IMG/VR virus record: IMGVR_UViG_3300012816_000027
Coordinates: 1-53,571 of that record
From: a virus
Lineage: Duplodnaviria; Caudoviricetes
DNA length: 53,571 nt
Strand: one strand, 5' to 3'
A program made the translations under genes and the position numbers. The notes beneath the pieces are model-generated. The model worked only from the letters and a program-made list of their open reading frames with translations. It searched no databases and had not been told where the DNA came from. Shown here piece after piece: positions 51,444 through 53,571 of the stretch (position 1 is its first letter; every line of letters starts with the position of its first letter).

Positions 51444-52387
51444 AGGCCGACCTGTGGCGATCCACCAAGCTGGGTGAGGAACCTGATCACACCTTCGATG
51501 AAGCCGCGCTGGGCATGTTGAAGCTGGCGGAAGGCCAGCGTGACTATGAAACGAAGGTGAGGCACGTGATGTATTGGCGTGCCGCCCTTGGGGCATCGAC
51601 CCCGATTCGCTCTTTAACCGCAGGCAATGTCCTCCAGAAGTTGCCAACGCACACCACGCATAAGCACCGGAAAGCCACCCCCGTATCGTCGGCCACAAAG
51701 AACCGATATCTGGCCACGATCAAACGGATCCTGACTCTCGCCACAGAGTGGGGCTGGATCAGCAGGCCACCGAAACTGAGCAAGTTCCAGGAGCCGGACA
51801 AGCGGGTACGCTTCGAGCCGAGGCCAGTCATCAAGGCTTTGATCGATGCGCTTTCGATTGAATGGATGCGTGATATCGCGTTGGTGGCCGTGGCCACCGG
51901 CATGCGCGCCGACGAGCTGCTGTCATTGGAGCCCAAGCATGTGGATCTGGCAAACCGCAATGCCTGGGTGATCGCTGAAGAGGCCAAGTCCGGGTACGCC
52001 CGGGCCGTGCCGCTCAATGCCGACGCACTGGCGGTGATCGAGCGGCGACTACAGACCGCACAGCTGTATGTTTTCGAGCGGGCGACGAAGGATGGCAAAC
52101 CCAGCAGGATCAGCCAGATTGACGACCGTTGTTTTAAGCGGGCCTGCGCTGCGGTGCAGATCACAGATTTCCGTTTTCACGATCTGCGCCACACCTGGGC
52201 ATCGTGGCACGTGCAAGCCGGGACGCCTTTGCTGGCGCTCAAAGAGCTGGGCGGATGGGAAACGTTGGACATGGTGCAGCGCTATGCCCACCTCGCCCCA
52301 TCCCACCTGGCGCACCACGCGGAAACGGTCACGTTTTGGTCACAGCAGGAGGCAGAAACAAAAACACCACTCCGAAGAGTGGTGTAA
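51314..52387 (+). CDS. int: Tyrosine integrase of the podophage
   Basis: TGMR, AKSG, FHDLRHTWASW, LGGW, RYAH; TTG start after AGGAGA RBS. Confidence 0.93.
   Translation: MPIRKNPSSGIWWIDIRAPGVPRIRRSSGTTDKQAAQELHDRVKADLWRSTKLGEEPDHTFDEAALGMLKLAEGQRDYETKVRHVMYWRAALGASTPIRSLTAGNVLQKLPTHTTHKHRKATPVSSATKNRYLATIKRILTLATEWGWISRPPKLSKFQEPDKRVRFEPRPVIKALIDALSIEWMRDIALVAVATGMRADELLSLEPKHVDLANRNAWVIAEEAKSGYARAVPLNADALAVIERRLQTAQLYVFERATKDGKPSRISQIDDRCFKRACAAVQITDFRFHDLRHTWASWHVQAGTPLLALKELGGWETLDMVQRYAHLAPSHLAHHAETVTFWSQQEAETKTPLRRVV
52327..52346 (+). repeat. Putative arm-type site, partner of 15615-15634
   Basis: Exact 20-bp repeat ggtcacgttttggtcacagc. Confidence 0.75.
52356..52385 (-). terminator. 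Phage-provided terminator downstream of the tRNA
   Basis: acaccactc-ttcg-gagtggtgt stem followed by ttttgttt on the minus strand. Confidence 0.75.
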
Positions 52388-52410
52388 GTGTCTGATTTCT
52401 CAGAGTTATT

Positions 52411-52489
<79 letters not shown>

Positions 52490-52529
52490 AAAAAATCAGC
52501 CGGCGATTTTAACATTTTCGCCGGCTGAT
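52490..52529 (-). terminator. rpoD terminator hairpin whose loop carries a candidate extended -10 (TGtTAAAAT) for the tRNA
   Basis: atcagccggcga...tcgccggctgat 12-bp stem plus T tract. Confidence 0.65.
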
Positions 52530-52541
52530 GATGCCCTTCTA

Positions 52542-53571
<1,030 letters not shown>

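Overview
The window holds two unrelated prophages stacked in tandem at the 3' end of a tRNA-Ile2(CAT) gene that lies just downstream of rpoD, probably in a GC-rich betaproteobacterium (inference). Three copies of the tRNA 3' half (124-166, 15450-15494, 52411-52457) delimit the elements. The first is a 15,331-bp integrase-encoding filamentous (Inovirus, Pf/RSS-like) prophage. It has a full core module and about 5.6 kb of cargo: an ietAS-type AAA-ATPase/S8-protease pair, an unassigned PD-(D/E)XK-like protein and an orphan HigA-like HTH. The second is a 36,961-bp temperate podovirus-like prophage with a lambdoid cI/cro/O-type early region, a T7/BPP-1-like virion module and several morons (HEPN protein, lipoprotein, membrane protein, rexAB-position gene). 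An IS3-family element has inserted into the outermost att copy. The best candidates for undescribed biology are: (1) the IS insertion may make curing of both prophages destroy the tRNA 3' end; (2) an approximately 85-aa helical insertion inside the Zot/pI ATPase; (3) an approximately 65-aa tail-fibre-N-terminal-like insertion inside the large terminase; (4) three identically spaced palindromic late promoters with a candidate activator gene; (5) a twin structured RNA leader before the capsid gene; (6) uncharacterised defence candidates. All family assignments come from motif recognition by eye; no database searches were run.
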